64,000 nucleotides of DNA from an uncultured Actinomycetota bacterium (GCA_963737425.1 CAVTSX010000008.1:353681-417680), one strand, 5' to 3'; positions 7,631 to 17,440 are shown, counted from the first letter of the stretch. Numbers and translations are program-made. Notes: a model not told the origin generated them from the sequence alone.

Positions 7631-8356
7631 ATGACCGTCCAGCGCGACGCGACGGCCGACAACAGCCTGCCTTCGGGGGCGCGCACCGGCAGCGAGGCCA
7701 TGCGCAACGTGCCCGAGGCGACGGTTGCCCGACTGGCCACCTACCTTCGCGTCCTGTCGTCGCTCGGTGAACGGCTCGCCACCACGACCGTCTCATCCGA
7801 CGAGCTGGCCGTGGCAGCCGGGGTGAATTCGGCCATGCTCCGCAAGGACCTCTCCTTCCTCGGCTCGTACGGAATTCGCGGTGTCGGCTATGACGTGGCG
7901 ACGCTGACCGAAGAGATCGTGCGAACGCTCGGGCTCACCGTGCACCGGTCCGTGGCGCTGATCGGTATCGGCAACCTTGGTCAGGCCCTTGCCGGTTATG
8001 CCGGTTTCGCCAGTCGCGGATTTCGCATCGCCGCGCTGGTCGACGCCGACCCGGCGCGCGTGGGCACGACGATCCACGGCATGACCGTCGCCGACATCGC
8101 CGACCTTGAGCGCATCGTCGCCGACGAGAACATCACGATCGGGGTGCTCGCCACCCCGGCGTCGGCAGCGCAGGAGATCTGCGATCGGCTGGTGAGCATC
8201 GGAGTCACCAGCATTCTGAACTTCGCGCCGGTCGTGCTCACCGTTCCGTCCTACGTCGACGTCCGCAAGGTCGACCTCGCCGCCGAGTTGCAGATCCTGT
8301 CCTTCCACGAGAACCGCAAGGCGGCGGCGCTGCTCGCCGAAGAGGTGGCGACATGA
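7631..8356 (+). CDS. rex: Redox-sensing transcriptional repressor Rex
   Basis: VPEATVARLATYLRVLSSL winged-helix N-terminus and a Rossmann GIGNLGQALAGY motif. GAGGAG Shine-Dalgarno (SD) 5 nt upstream of the ATG. Followed by hemA, as in other actinomycetes. Confidence 0.9.
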   Translation: MTVQRDATADNSLPSGARTGSEAMRNVPEATVARLATYLRVLSSLGERLATTTVSSDELAVAAGVNSAMLRKDLSFLGSYGIRGVGYDVATLTEEIVRTLGLTVHRSVALIGIGNLGQALAGYAGFASRGFRIAALVDADPARVGTTIHGMTVADIADLERIVADENITIGVLATPASAAQEICDRLVSIGVTSILNFAPVVLTVPSYVDVRKVDLAAELQILSFHENRKAAALLAEEVAT

Positions 8357-9645
8357 GCTTGTTGGTGGTCGGGCTGTCCTACCGCACGGCACCGGTGTCG
8401 GTACTCGAGCGCGCCAGCATCTCCGCCGAAGACCTGCCGAAGTTGCTCGGCGAACTGCACGCCGACGACACGATCAGCGAGGTGCTCGCCCTGTCGACGT
8501 GCAACCGCATCGAGGTCTACGCCGACGTCGCGCGCTTCCACCCGGCCGTCGCCGAGATCACCAACGTGCTGGCCCGCCAAGCAGGCCTGCCGATCGCCGA
8601 TCTCGGCGAGCACCTGTATGTCCACTTCGCCGAGGCCGCCGCCGAGCACATGTTCTCGGTGGCGTCCGGGATGAACGCGATGGTCGTCGGCGAGTCCCAG
8701 ATCCTCGGCCAATTGCGCAGTGCCTACGCGCTGGCCACCAGCACCGCCACGATCGGCGCCGTCTTGCACGACCTTGCCCAGACGGCGCTGCGGGTCGGCA
8801 AGCGGGTGCACACCGACACCGGTATCGGCCGAGCCGGAGCGTCGGTCGTGTCGGTCGCACTCGACCAAGCGGAGCGAACGCTCGGCTCGCTGCGCGGGCG
8901 CCGAGCAGTCATCGTCGGCGCCGGCTCGATGGGTGCGCTCGCCGGCGCGACACTGCGCCGCCGAGGCATTAACGACATCGTCCTCGCCAATCGCAGCGTC
9001 GAGCGGGGCGCCCGGCTGGCCACCAGACTCGGTGCGCGCGCAGTCGGGCTCGCGGATATCGCTGCCGAGATCGCCGACGCCGACCTACTTGTCAGCTCCA
9101 CCGGCGCCACCGGCCTGGTGGTCGAACTGTCCGCAGTGGGCAACCGTGCCGCATATCCGCTCGTTGTCCTCGACGTGGCGCTGCCCCGAGACGTCGATCC
9201 AGCGGTGGCCACGCTGCCCGGTGTCACCTACGTCGACCTCGACTCACTGCGCGCCGACGGCGCGATGGTCAGCGACGCCGAGGTTGCCGCCGCGAGCGAC
9301 GTGCTGGCCGAAGAACTCGCGGGCTACCTCGCCCAGCAGCAGGCGCTGGCCGTGGCCCCCACCGTCACCGCACTGCGCGCGCGGGCCGGGCAGGTGGTCG
9401 ACGCCGAACTCGCCCGGCTCGACGCCCGGATGCCCGGCCTCGACCCGTCAGTGCGCAACGAGGTTGCCGACGCCGTGCGGCGCGCGGTCGAAAAGGTGCT
9501 GCACGCGCCCACCGTCCGGGTCAAGGAACTTGCCGCCACTCCCGGCGGCGACCAGTACGCCGCCGCGCTGCGCGAGCTGTTCGACCTCGATCCGGCACGC
9601 GCCGAGTCCGTCACCGTGGTCCGCCGCACCGGGGAGACGCGATGA
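8353..9645 (+). CDS. hemA: Glutamyl-tRNA reductase
   Basis: LSTCNRIEVY active-site motif, NADPH-binding VIVGAGSMG, ATGA overlap with rex. Confidence 0.95.
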   Translation: MSLLVVGLSYRTAPVSVLERASISAEDLPKLLGELHADDTISEVLALSTCNRIEVYADVARFHPAVAEITNVLARQAGLPIADLGEHLYVHFAEAAAEHMFSVASGMNAMVVGESQILGQLRSAYALATSTATIGAVLHDLAQTALRVGKRVHTDTGIGRAGASVVSVALDQAERTLGSLRGRRAVIVGAGSMGALAGATLRRRGINDIVLANRSVERGARLATRLGARAVGLADIAAEIADADLLVSSTGATGLVVELSAVGNRAAYPLVVLDVALPRDVDPAVATLPGVTYVDLDSLRADGAMVSDAEVAAASDVLAEELAGYLAQQQALAVAPTVTALRARAGQVVDAELARLDARMPGLDPSVRNEVADAVRRAVEKVLHAPTVRVKELAATPGGDQYAAALRELFDLDPARAESVTVVRRTGETR

Positions 9646-10562
9646 CGGCGACCCGAACCCTGCGCGTGGGCACGCGTGGCTCGCTCCTGGCGCGCACCCA
9701 GACCGATCTGGTTGTCGCGGCGATCGGCGCGCCGGTCGAGATCGTGCCAATCGTCACGGCCGGCGACCGCTCGTCGGCCGCGTTCGATCAGATCGGCGGC
9801 ACCGGGGTGTTCGTCTCGGCGCTGCGTTCTGCTCTGCTCGACGGCGAGATCGACGTCGCCGTCCATTCCTATAAGGATCTGCCGACCGCAGACGCCGAAG
9901 GAATCGTTATTGCCGCCGTGCCGCCGCGCGAGGATCCGCGCGACGCACTGGTCGCCCGCGACGGGCTCACCCTCGGCGAACTGCCGCGGGGCTCCCGGGT
10001 CGGCACCGGCGCGGCGCGGCGCTCGGCACAGCTTGCGGCGCTCGGCTTCGGACTGTCGATCGTGCCGCTGCGTGGCAACGTCGACACCCGTCTGGGCCGG
10101 GTCGCGCACGGCGACCTCGACGCCGTCGTGCTGGCACTGGCCGGGTTGCGCAGGCTCGGGCGCGACGCTGAGGTCACCGAGATCCTCGACCCGATCCAGA
10201 TGCTGCCGGCCCCGGCACAGGGTGCCCTGGCCGTCGAATGCCGGGCGTCCGACCATGACGTCCGCGCGGTGCTGTCCACAGTGGACAGTCCCGATGCCCG
10301 CGCGGCAGTCGCCGCCGAGCGCGCGCTACTTGCCGCGCTCGAAGCGGGCTGCACCGCCCCCGTCGCCGCCCTGGCCGAGATCGCCGACGGCGATGACGGG
10401 GTCGAAGTTTTCCTCCGTGCCTCAGTAACGGCGCCGGACGGCTCGCGGGCTGTCCGGTTGTCTGCCACAGGCCCGGTAACCGATGCCGAAGGGGTAGGCC
10501 GGCGACTCGCCGCCGAGCTGATCGCCGAAGGCGCAGACGAGATGATGGGGAGCTCGCGATGA
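9642..10562 (+). CDS. hemC: Hydroxymethylbilane synthase (porphobilinogen deaminase)
   Basis: LRVGTRGSLLARTQT N-terminus, AVHSYKDLP, ALEAGCTAPV cofactor Cys region. Overlaps the hemA stop. Confidence 0.95.
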   Translation: MTATRTLRVGTRGSLLARTQTDLVVAAIGAPVEIVPIVTAGDRSSAAFDQIGGTGVFVSALRSALLDGEIDVAVHSYKDLPTADAEGIVIAAVPPREDPRDALVARDGLTLGELPRGSRVGTGAARRSAQLAALGFGLSIVPLRGNVDTRLGRVAHGDLDAVVLALAGLRRLGRDAEVTEILDPIQMLPAPAQGALAVECRASDHDVRAVLSTVDSPDARAAVAAERALLAALEAGCTAPVAALAEIADGDDGVEVFLRASVTAPDGSRAVRLSATGPVTDAEGVGRRLAAELIAEGADEMMGSSR

Positions 10563-12097
10563 CCCGCGCGCGGAAGACCGTAGGGCGTATCACCTTCGTA
10601 GGTTCCGGCCCGGGCGACCCGGGTTTGCTGGCCGTTCACGCCGCGCAGGCGTTGGCGGTCGCCGAGGTTGTATTTGCCGATGCGTCCGTCCCGGCGGCGA
10701 TCACCGACCAGGTGACCGCACCGATACACACGGCTGAGGGACTACCAGCCGACATTGCCAAGGCTGCGCTCACCGAGGCACGCAACGGGCTGCACGTGGT
10801 GCGGCTCATCGCCGGCGACGTCCTCACCGACGACGGCGCCATCAAGGAGGCCCTGGCTGTCGCGAAGACGGTCGTGCCGTTCGACATCGTCCCGGGCATT
10901 CCCGTCGGTGCCGGAACCTCGGCCTATGCGGGCGTCCCGGTCGGTCCGGTGCGCACCGAGGCCGACGTCGTCGACGTGGCCAACACCGACTTCGATGTTC
11001 TCGCGCACGCGCCCGGCACGCTGGTGCTGACCATCGCGGCGACCGACGTCCAGACGCTCGGCGAGCAACTCGTGTCAAGCGGCCTCAAGCCCGACACCCC
11101 GATCACGGTCAGCTGCGACGGCACCGGTACGTCGCAGCAGACGGTGTCCGGAACGCTGGGCGACGTCGACCTCACCGCGGTGGGCATGACCGGCACGCTG
11201 GTCGTCACCGTGGGCCGCGCCGCGCTGCAGCGCGAGAAGCTCGGCTGGTGGGAGTCGCGGGCCCTGTACGGCTGGCGGGTGCTGGTGCCGCGCACGAAGG
11301 ATCAGGCCGGCGCCATGAGCGACCGGCTGCGCGCGCACGGCGCGGTGCCCGTCGAGGTACCCACGATCGCCGTCGAGCCGCCGCGTACGCCCGCGCAGAT
11401 GGAGCGTGCGATCAAGGGTCTGGTCACCGGCCGCTACGAGTGGATCGTGTTCACGTCGACGAACGCGGTGCGTGCCGTCCGGGAGAAGTTCGAGGAGTTC
11501 GGCCTGGACGCCCGCGCGTTCGCCGGCGTCAAGATCGCCTGTGTCGGCGAGGCGACGGCTGATGCCGTGCGCGCGTACGGCATCACCCCGGAGTTGGTGC
11601 CGTCGGGCGAGCAGTCCTCCGAGGGCCTGCTGGCCGACTTCCCGCCGTTCGACGATGTGCTCGACCCGATCAACCGGGTGCTGTTGCCGCGTGCCGACAT
11701 CGCCACCGAGACGCTCGCCGCGGGCTTGCGCGAGGGCGGCTGGGAGATCGACGACGTCACGGCGTACCGCACGGTACGGGCCGCGCCGCCCGCGGCCGAG
11801 ATCCGCGACGCGATCAAGTCCGGTGGTTTCCAGGCGGTGTGCTTCACCTCGTCGTCCACGGTGCGCAACCTCGTCGGTATCGCGGGCAAGCCGCACGCGC
11901 GAACGGTGGTTGCCGCGATCGGCCCGCAGACGGCGGCTGCGGCCCGCGAGTTCGGGCTGCGGGTCGACGTCTCGCCCGAGACCGCCACGGTGCCGGCGCT
12001 GGTCGACGCGCTCGCCGAGTTCGCTGCCGCCCGGGCCGTCGAGGAGCGCGAGAAGGCCGCCGCCGCGGCGGCCCGAAAGGCGACGCGCCGCCGCTGA
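10559..12097 (+). CDS. Bifunctional uroporphyrinogen-III C-methyltransferase / uroporphyrinogen-III synthase
   Basis: N-terminal tetrapyrrole methylase (ITFVGSGPGDPGLL), C-terminal HemD fold (WRVLVPRTKDQAG...IVFTSTNAVR). This is the typical actinobacterial cobA-hemD fusion after hemC. Confidence 0.9.
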   Translation: MTRARKTVGRITFVGSGPGDPGLLAVHAAQALAVAEVVFADASVPAAITDQVTAPIHTAEGLPADIAKAALTEARNGLHVVRLIAGDVLTDDGAIKEALAVAKTVVPFDIVPGIPVGAGTSAYAGVPVGPVRTEADVVDVANTDFDVLAHAPGTLVLTIAATDVQTLGEQLVSSGLKPDTPITVSCDGTGTSQQTVSGTLGDVDLTAVGMTGTLVVTVGRAALQREKLGWWESRALYGWRVLVPRTKDQAGAMSDRLRAHGAVPVEVPTIAVEPPRTPAQMERAIKGLVTGRYEWIVFTSTNAVRAVREKFEEFGLDARAFAGVKIACVGEATADAVRAYGITPELVPSGEQSSEGLLADFPPFDDVLDPINRVLLPRADIATETLAAGLREGGWEIDDVTAYRTVRAAPPAAEIRDAIKSGGFQAVCFTSSSTVRNLVGIAGKPHARTVVAAIGPQTAAAAREFGLRVDVSPETATVPALVDALAEFAAARAVEEREKAAAAAARKATRRR

Positions 12098-12107
12098 CCT
12101 GATCACC

Positions 12108-12154
12108 GATCGTGCAACCTTCTGCGGTGCGAGACCGCAGAAAGTTGCACGATC
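12108..12154 (+). terminator. Long hairpin after cobA/hemD (21-bp stem, 1 mismatch, loop GCGAG) followed by TGTGTTTCTG
   Basis: GATCGTGCAACCTTCTGCGGT-gcgag-ACCGCAGAAAGTTGCACGATC, 11 nt after the stop. The outer stem is shared with the hairpin at 50422-50481. Confidence 0.6.
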
Positions 12155-12210
12155 TGTGTTTCTGACCGGGCAGACCACCACGCCCTGGGCCCGGCGTAGG
12201 CTCGAACGCC

Positions 12211-13206
12211 GTGAGCCAGTTGCCGAACCTGCCAGGATTTCCGACCTCTCGGCCCCGCCGGCTACGGGTCAACGCGGCGATGCGGCGGCTGGTATCTGAT
12301 GTTTCGTTGCGCCCGTCCGATTTCGTGCTGCCGATGTTCGTGCGCGAGAACGCCCCCGAACCGGTGGCCATCGCCTCGATGCCGGGGGTCGTCCAGCACA
12401 CGCACGAGTCGCTGCGCAAAGCGGCGGTCGAGGCGGTCGAAGCGGGCGTCGGCGGGCTGATGCTGTACGGCATCCCGACGCACAAGGACGCGCAGGGCTC
12501 CGGGGCGGACGATCCACACGGCGTGCTGAACGTCGCGCTGGCTTCGTTGCGGCGCGAGTTGGGCGACAGCACCGTCCTGATGGCCGATCTCTGCCTGGAC
12601 GAATTCACCGATCACGGCCACTGCGGTGTGTTGGGCGAGGACGGCAGCGTCGACAACGACGCATCGCTGCAGCGCTATCGAGACATGGCAAAAGCTCAGG
12701 CCGAATCCGGGGCCCATTTGCTGGGAACTAGCGGCATGATGGACGGGCAGGTCGGCGCCGTCCGGGCAGCGCTAGACGACGCCGGCCGCGCAGACGTAGG
12801 CATCCTGGCCTACGCGCCGAAATATGCCTCGGCGTTCTACGGACCGTTCCGCGAGGCGGTCAACTCGTCGCTCCAGGGCGACCGGAAGGCCTACCAGCAG
12901 GACTATTCCCGCGACGTTCGCGATGCGCTGGCCGAGGTTGCCCTCGATGTCGGCGAGGGCGCCGACATCATCATGGTCAAGCCCGCGCTGCCATACCTCG
13001 ACGTATTGCGCGCGGTGGCTGACGCGAGTCCCGTTCCGGTAGCCGCGTACCAGATCAGCGGTGAGTACGCGATGGTCGAGGCGGCTGCCGAGCGCGGCTG
13101 GCTCGATCGCGACCGAGTCATCGCCGAGACGCTCACCTCGATCCGTCGGGCCGGCGCGTCGATCATCCTCACCTACTGGGCGACCGAGGTCGCTCGCACG
13201 CTCTGA
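12211..13206 (+). CDS. hemB: Porphobilinogen synthase (delta-aminolevulinate dehydratase)
   Basis: RPRRLR N-terminus, DLCLDEFTDHGHCG, PKYASAFYGPFR, IIMVKPALPYLD. GTG start. Confidence 0.95.
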   Translation: MSQLPNLPGFPTSRPRRLRVNAAMRRLVSDVSLRPSDFVLPMFVRENAPEPVAIASMPGVVQHTHESLRKAAVEAVEAGVGGLMLYGIPTHKDAQGSGADDPHGVLNVALASLRRELGDSTVLMADLCLDEFTDHGHCGVLGEDGSVDNDASLQRYRDMAKAQAESGAHLLGTSGMMDGQVGAVRAALDDAGRADVGILAYAPKYASAFYGPFREAVNSSLQGDRKAYQQDYSRDVRDALAEVALDVGEGADIIMVKPALPYLDVLRAVADASPVPVAAYQISGEYAMVEAAAERGWLDRDRVIAETLTSIRRAGASIILTYWATEVARTL

Positions 13207-13316
13207 CGCACGGACCTCCCGAAAATCTCTTTCGCGGGGTGTGCAACATCGGGTCCTCTTCGCGCGTCCTGCTGTGAGACGTCCCAATGTGGGGACGCGA
13301 CACAGTGGAGGACTGC

Positions 13317-14150
13317 ATGACTTCGACCGGATCTCGCGGCACCAAGCGACGGATGATCGCCGCCGGTGCTGGTGGTTTCGCGATCGCCGCGACGTTCCTG
13401 GGCCTCGGCCTCTCGGCGGCGCAAGCCTCGGCAGCACCGCAGGGCGGACTCACGTTGAAGATCACCAGCGCTCAGGTGACCGACGTTGACCAGGACGGCC
13501 GCATCGGCCCGAACGACTCGATCGCCTACACGATGGTGGTGGACAACGAGACCGGCACGACGTTGACCGACCTGCGGATCGACGCGCCGGCAATCGGAAA
13601 CGTCAGCTGCCCGGATGGGCCCATACCTAGCGGTATGCCGTTCCGTTGCCAAACGGACGTGCCCTACAGCCTGACCGACGACGACGTGGACGCCGGTCAT
13701 TTCACGGCGACGGCGACCGCGACCGCGACATCGCCGGACGGCGCGCAGTTGACCAGCCGGCCGGCGAGCACGACGACCAAGATCCCGGCGTATCCGTCGA
13801 TCGCTCTGTCGTTCGACGCCGTCAACACCACCGACGTAAACGGTGACGGCCGAACAGATGCGGGTGACACGATCGACTACTCGCTCGTGCTTACCAACAC
13901 GGGCAATGTGACGGTGCGGGGCGTCGAGGTCAACGACCTGCGCAGCAGCGGCGTGACCTGCGTGGGCGTCCCCGGACCGGTGGATGTCCCGGCTGGAATG
14001 CCGTTCCATTGCCTGAGCAATTCCCCGTACGTGATCACCGCCCAGGACGAAGCGGCCGGCGTGGTCGTCGACAAGGCCACCGCTCGTGGCAAGGCGGCGA
14101 CAGGTAGCCCGGTGCAGGCAAGTGCTGAGGTGACCACCGCGCTCGACTGA
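13317..14150 (+). CDS. Secreted protein with two DUF11/DUF7507-like repeat domains
   Basis: GGAGGA SD 5 nt before the ATG at 13317. Signal peptide with KRRM and AQASA. Two internal repeats (...DGRIGPNDSIAYTMVVDNETGTTLTDL... / ...DGRTDAGDTIDYSLVLTNTGNVTVRGV...), each with a conserved Cys pair. Confidence 0.7.
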   Translation: MTSTGSRGTKRRMIAAGAGGFAIAATFLGLGLSAAQASAAPQGGLTLKITSAQVTDVDQDGRIGPNDSIAYTMVVDNETGTTLTDLRIDAPAIGNVSCPDGPIPSGMPFRCQTDVPYSLTDDDVDAGHFTATATATATSPDGAQLTSRPASTTTKIPAYPSIALSFDAVNTTDVNGDGRTDAGDTIDYSLVLTNTGNVTVRGVEVNDLRSSGVTCVGVPGPVDVPAGMPFHCLSNSPYVITAQDEAAGVVVDKATARGKAATGSPVQASAEVTTALD

Positions 14151-14166
14151 GTCGCCGGATGTAGCG

Positions 14167-14211
14167 ATCTTCATGCGCCGTCGTGCAATCCGCGCGACGG
14201 CGCATGAAGAT
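14167..14211. terminator. Perfect 17-bp-stem hairpin between convergent genes (likely bidirectional terminator)
   Basis: ATCTTCATGCGCCGTCG-tgcaatccgcg-CGACGGCGCATGAAGAT, between stops at 14150 (+) and 14218 (-). Confidence 0.6.
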
Positions 14212-14217
14212 GTCCGG

Positions 14218-15465
14218 CTACGGCGCCGGTCGTGCACGGACGGGTCGCATCTGATTGCGGGCCAACTTGGCGAATCCACGTGCGCCGACCAACCGGATCA
14301 GATTGCCGGGCGAGAAGAGTCTAGGGACGGGCACCGCGCCGGCGATCACTCCGAAGAATTGCGCGGTGTCGTCGGCACGTTCTGCCAGCACGGAGAAGAG
14401 CATCCGGTCGGCAGCACTCGGCGGCGTGAACGATGCCAGCCGGACGGTCAGGTCGTACATCGCCTTCGTCGCAGCGTCGCGGGCTTTCGCGTACTGGGCC
14501 AGCGACTTGTCGATCGGCGCGGCGCCGTCCAGCCCACCGGCGACAGCGTCCGACAGCATCTCCGCATCTCGCAGTGCGTGGCCAATGCCCTGTCCGGTGA
14601 TGGGATCCATGACCAGTCCGGCGTCGCCGGCCAGCGCCCAGCCCGGCCCGTACGGCTGGCGGAAGACATTGGGCAGGTCGACGGTGCCGCGCAGCGGGCC
14701 GACATGCTTGCCGGCGCGTATCCGCTCGCCGAGGTTGCCGGTGGCATCGAGGGTTTCCCGGACATTGAGCAGCGGATCGCCCTGGAACCTGTCGAATTCA
14801 CTGGCCGGCCAAGCAATGTAGGTGACCGTCAGCCCGTCATTGGTCGGCCACGCACCGACGACTCGCCGGTCGCGCGCGAACATCTCGCCACCGTCCATCG
14901 GCACGTCCTGCCAGTACGTGTAGAACGCCAACGATCGCGCGTCGCGCTGGTTATACCTGCGCGGCTGGAAGGTTTTGGCGACGAGCGAGTGCTTGCCGTC
15001 CGCGCCCACGATGAACGAAGCCCGCTCGTTCACCGGAGACGATCCCTTTTCACAGCAGCGGATTCCCGTCGCGCGGCCGTCTGACGTGATGATCTCGTCG
15101 ACGATGGTGCGCTCGCGCACTTCGGCGCCTGCGGCTCGCGCCGCATCGACGAGAATCGTGTCGAGGACGGTTCGTCTCGGGCTGTAAAGGGCGCCGCCGT
15201 TCGGGAAGGATCCGCTGAGGATCACCCCGTTGTTGTCGAACCGCACCCGGTGGGTGGCTGGAGTGCCGGCCATCGCGACCTGGTCCAGCAGGCCCCAGCG
15301 GGCGAGTCGCTCGGCCCCCGGCGGCTGCAGCTGATGGCTGGAGAGAGTGTCGCTCGGGAAGCGTGCGCGGTCGACAACCAGGACGCGCAAGCCCTTATTG
15401 GCCAGGAGCATCGCGGTTGCCGAGCCGGCTACCCGCGCCCCCACGACGATCACGTCGTACGCCAT
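14218..15465 (-). CDS. FAD-dependent oxidoreductase / monooxygenase (geranylgeranyl-reductase-like fold)
   Basis: Start MAYDVIVVGARVAGSATAMLLA (GxGxxG immediately after the start) with AAGGGGGAA SD. GDAGLVMDPITGQGI motif. The longer track ORF (to 15675) is rejected. Confidence 0.85.
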   Translation of the reverse strand: MAYDVIVVGARVAGSATAMLLANKGLRVLVVDRARFPSDTLSSHQLQPPGAERLARWGLLDQVAMAGTPATHRVRFDNNGVILSGSFPNGGALYSPRRTVLDTILVDAARAAGAEVRERTIVDEIITSDGRATGIRCCEKGSSPVNERASFIVGADGKHSLVAKTFQPRRYNQRDARSLAFYTYWQDVPMDGGEMFARDRRVVGAWPTNDGLTVTYIAWPASEFDRFQGDPLLNVRETLDATGNLGERIRAGKHVGPLRGTVDLPNVFRQPYGPGWALAGDAGLVMDPITGQGIGHALRDAEMLSDAVAGGLDGAAPIDKSLAQYAKARDAATKAMYDLTVRLASFTPPSAADRMLFSVLAERADDTAQFFGVIAGAVPVPRLFSPGNLIRLVGARGFAKLARNQMRPVRARPAP

Positions 15466-16105
15466 GGTGTTCCCCCTTCTTTGCTGACGACGCTTGTGGC
15501 GGTGGTGTCGATGTCGCGAGTTGCACCACCTTGATGAGCGTGTTGACGCGCTCCTCGAATCTGTCGTCACCGAGCTGATCGGTGAGAACCTGCATGCCGG
15601 TGAATCCGCCGACCGCGATCTGGGCGAGTTCGGCCGGATCGAGGTCGTCTCGGATGGCGCCCTCGGCCTGCGCATCGGCGAACTGCTGGGTGACGGTGTC
15701 TATCCAGAGGCGGAGGGTGCGCCGGACCTCGTCGCGCACCTCGGGGTAATCGCGGGCGAGTTCCTCGATGAGCCTGCCCAGTGCCGCCGGCCCCTCACCG
15801 GAACTTGCGTGCCGGGCGAGCACCCGGGGCACCGCGAAGAGGCGGTCGACGGCGCTCTCGTGCCGGCTGATCTCCTCGGCGACGCGGGAGAACGCGCGCT
15901 GGTGGTGGTCGGCAAGAACCGCGAGAGCCAGCGCGTGCTTGGACGGGTAGTGGAAGTAGAAGCCACCTTTGGTCAGCCCGGATGCCTCGATGATCTGGTT
16001 CAGCGACGCGGCGTACCCGTCTCTGGCGAAGATCGGCAGTGCTGCGTCGAGGATCGCTCGCCGTGATCGTTGCCCGCGGTGGGTGCCGGAGGCCGCCGTC
16101 GTCAT
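15395..16105 (-). CDS. TetR/AcrR family transcriptional regulator
   Basis: HTH RRAILDAALPIFARDGYAASLNQIIEASGLTKGGFYFHYPSK. Start chosen at MTTAASG (16105) so that the palindrome at 16118-16137 is upstream. The 3' end overlaps the next gene by 71 nt. Confidence 0.8.
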   Translation of the reverse strand: MTTAASGTHRGQRSRRAILDAALPIFARDGYAASLNQIIEASGLTKGGFYFHYPSKHALALAVLADHHQRAFSRVAEEISRHESAVDRLFAVPRVLARHASSGEGPAALGRLIEELARDYPEVRDEVRRTLRLWIDTVTQQFADAQAEGAIRDDLDPAELAQIAVGGFTGMQVLTDQLGDDRFEERVNTLIKVVQLATSTPPPQASSAKKGEHHGVRRDRRGGAGSRLGNRDAPGQ

Positions 16106-16117
16106 GCGCCGAAGGTA

Positions 16118-16137
16118 CAAACCGACTGGTCGGTTTG
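16118..16137. promoter_or_regulatory. Candidate TetR operator palindrome
   Basis: CAAACCGAC-tg-GTCGGTTTG (perfect 9-bp arms), 13 nt upstream of the TetR start and 21 nt upstream of the divergent GNAT gene. Confidence 0.5.
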
Positions 16138-16157
16138 GCAAGTAGAGGCATCTGCCC

Positions 16158-17132
16158 GTGGCGGCCGGCGGTCACTACGCTGTCGCCGTGACCTCGGCCG
16201 GGGGCAGTAGCGAGGTGGTTTATTTCGAGCCTGCGCGGACATATGCAAGTGCGTGGTGGCTCGCGGCGGTGTTGGTGGTCGGATTTGCGATCGACGCTGC
16301 CCTCGGCGGTGCGGCCGCGCACGTGTTCGCCTGGCTGGCGGCGCTCGTCATCGTCGTGGGTGCCGACGTGCTGGTAACCCGCGCCGCTCGCGCGACCCGG
16401 TCGATCACCGTGACGGCGTCGGAGTTGCGCGTCGGCGGCGAGTCGATCAGCAAGGCCTCGATTGTCGGCATTGCCGCCGATACCGATGCGCGAGTGCTCG
16501 GCCGCCGGCCGGGTGAGCAACTTCCGCGAGGAACGGTCGGGCTCGGCCTCTACCTGGCCGACGGCGAGTCGGTCGTGGTCGCCACCCGGCGTCCGCAGGC
16601 CCTGCGTGCGACGCTCGCCGTTGGCGACGCCGTGCCGGAGGTCAGGCCGGCGGACGACTACGAACTCGACGAACTGCTAGATCTCGAGCGGCGCAGCATC
16701 ACCCTGTTCACGGTGGCCGGGATTGCGCCGTTGCCGGACCCGGCCAGCGCCCACCCGCCGATAGGTGATGCGCGCGCCGTGCTCGTCGCGGGCCGGCCGG
16801 CAGTCGGTTTCGCGCGTGTCGACGAAGTCGACGGCCAGGCGCATCTCGAGCAACTCTTCGTGCTGCCGGGGCACATGCGGCGCGGTGTCGGCTCGTCGCT
16901 GCTCGAGGCGTCATGTGCCTGGGCTGCCGGGCATGGTTACCGCGCGATGACGCTGTGCACGTTCGCAGATGTCGAGTGGAACGCGCCGTTCTACGTAAAG
17001 CGCGGATTCGAACCGATGACGACGTTGACGCCCGGTCTGAACGAATTGCGCGACTGGGAACGCAATCTCGGCCTGGACATGCTGGGCACCCGCGTGGTCA
17101 TGCGCCGCGAGCTGCACGCTTCCGAGAGCTGA
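16158..17132 (+). CDS. Membrane-anchored GNAT family N-acetyltransferase
   Basis: N-terminal hydrophobic segments (WWLAAVLVVGFAIDAALGGAAAHVFAWLAALVIVVGADVLV). C-terminal GNAT core (QLFVLPGHMRRGVGSSLLEASCAWAAGHGYRAMTLCTF...APFYVKRGF). Confidence 0.75.
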   Translation: MAAGGHYAVAVTSAGGSSEVVYFEPARTYASAWWLAAVLVVGFAIDAALGGAAAHVFAWLAALVIVVGADVLVTRAARATRSITVTASELRVGGESISKASIVGIAADTDARVLGRRPGEQLPRGTVGLGLYLADGESVVVATRRPQALRATLAVGDAVPEVRPADDYELDELLDLERRSITLFTVAGIAPLPDPASAHPPIGDARAVLVAGRPAVGFARVDEVDGQAHLEQLFVLPGHMRRGVGSSLLEASCAWAAGHGYRAMTLCTFADVEWNAPFYVKRGFEPMTTLTPGLNELRDWERNLGLDMLGTRVVMRRELHASES

Positions 17133-17137
17133 GCGGC

Positions 17138-17440
17138 TCAATCCCGGCTCATCACGATGCGCCACGGACGGATCCGCACAGCGAGGACGCCGCTGGCCAC
17201 GGCCTGATCGTCGTGACGCGCCGAGCGCTCGACTTCGTCGGCCGACTCGGCGGCCAGCACCGTCATGCCTTCGCCGTCCGCGTCGGCGAATGGGCCTGCT
17301 GCGACGAGACGTCCTGCATCGAGCATGCGGCCCAGGAACGCGTAGTGCTCCTGCATGCCCCGGTGCTCGGCGACGCTCTGCCCATCGTCTATCGCCGGAC
17401 CAGGCGTGTGCAGCAGGACGAACCATGTCTGTTGGGTCAC
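17138..17440 (-). CDS. YciI family protein
   Basis: GTG start (VTQQTWFVLLHTPGP...). YciI-like HYAFLGRMLDAGRLVAAGPF...VLAVRIRPW. The 250-aa track ORF overlaps hemL and is rejected. Confidence 0.7.
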   Translation of the reverse strand: MTQQTWFVLLHTPGPAIDDGQSVAEHRGMQEHYAFLGRMLDAGRLVAAGPFADADGEGMTVLAAESADEVERSARHDDQAVASGVLAVRIRPWRIVMSRD

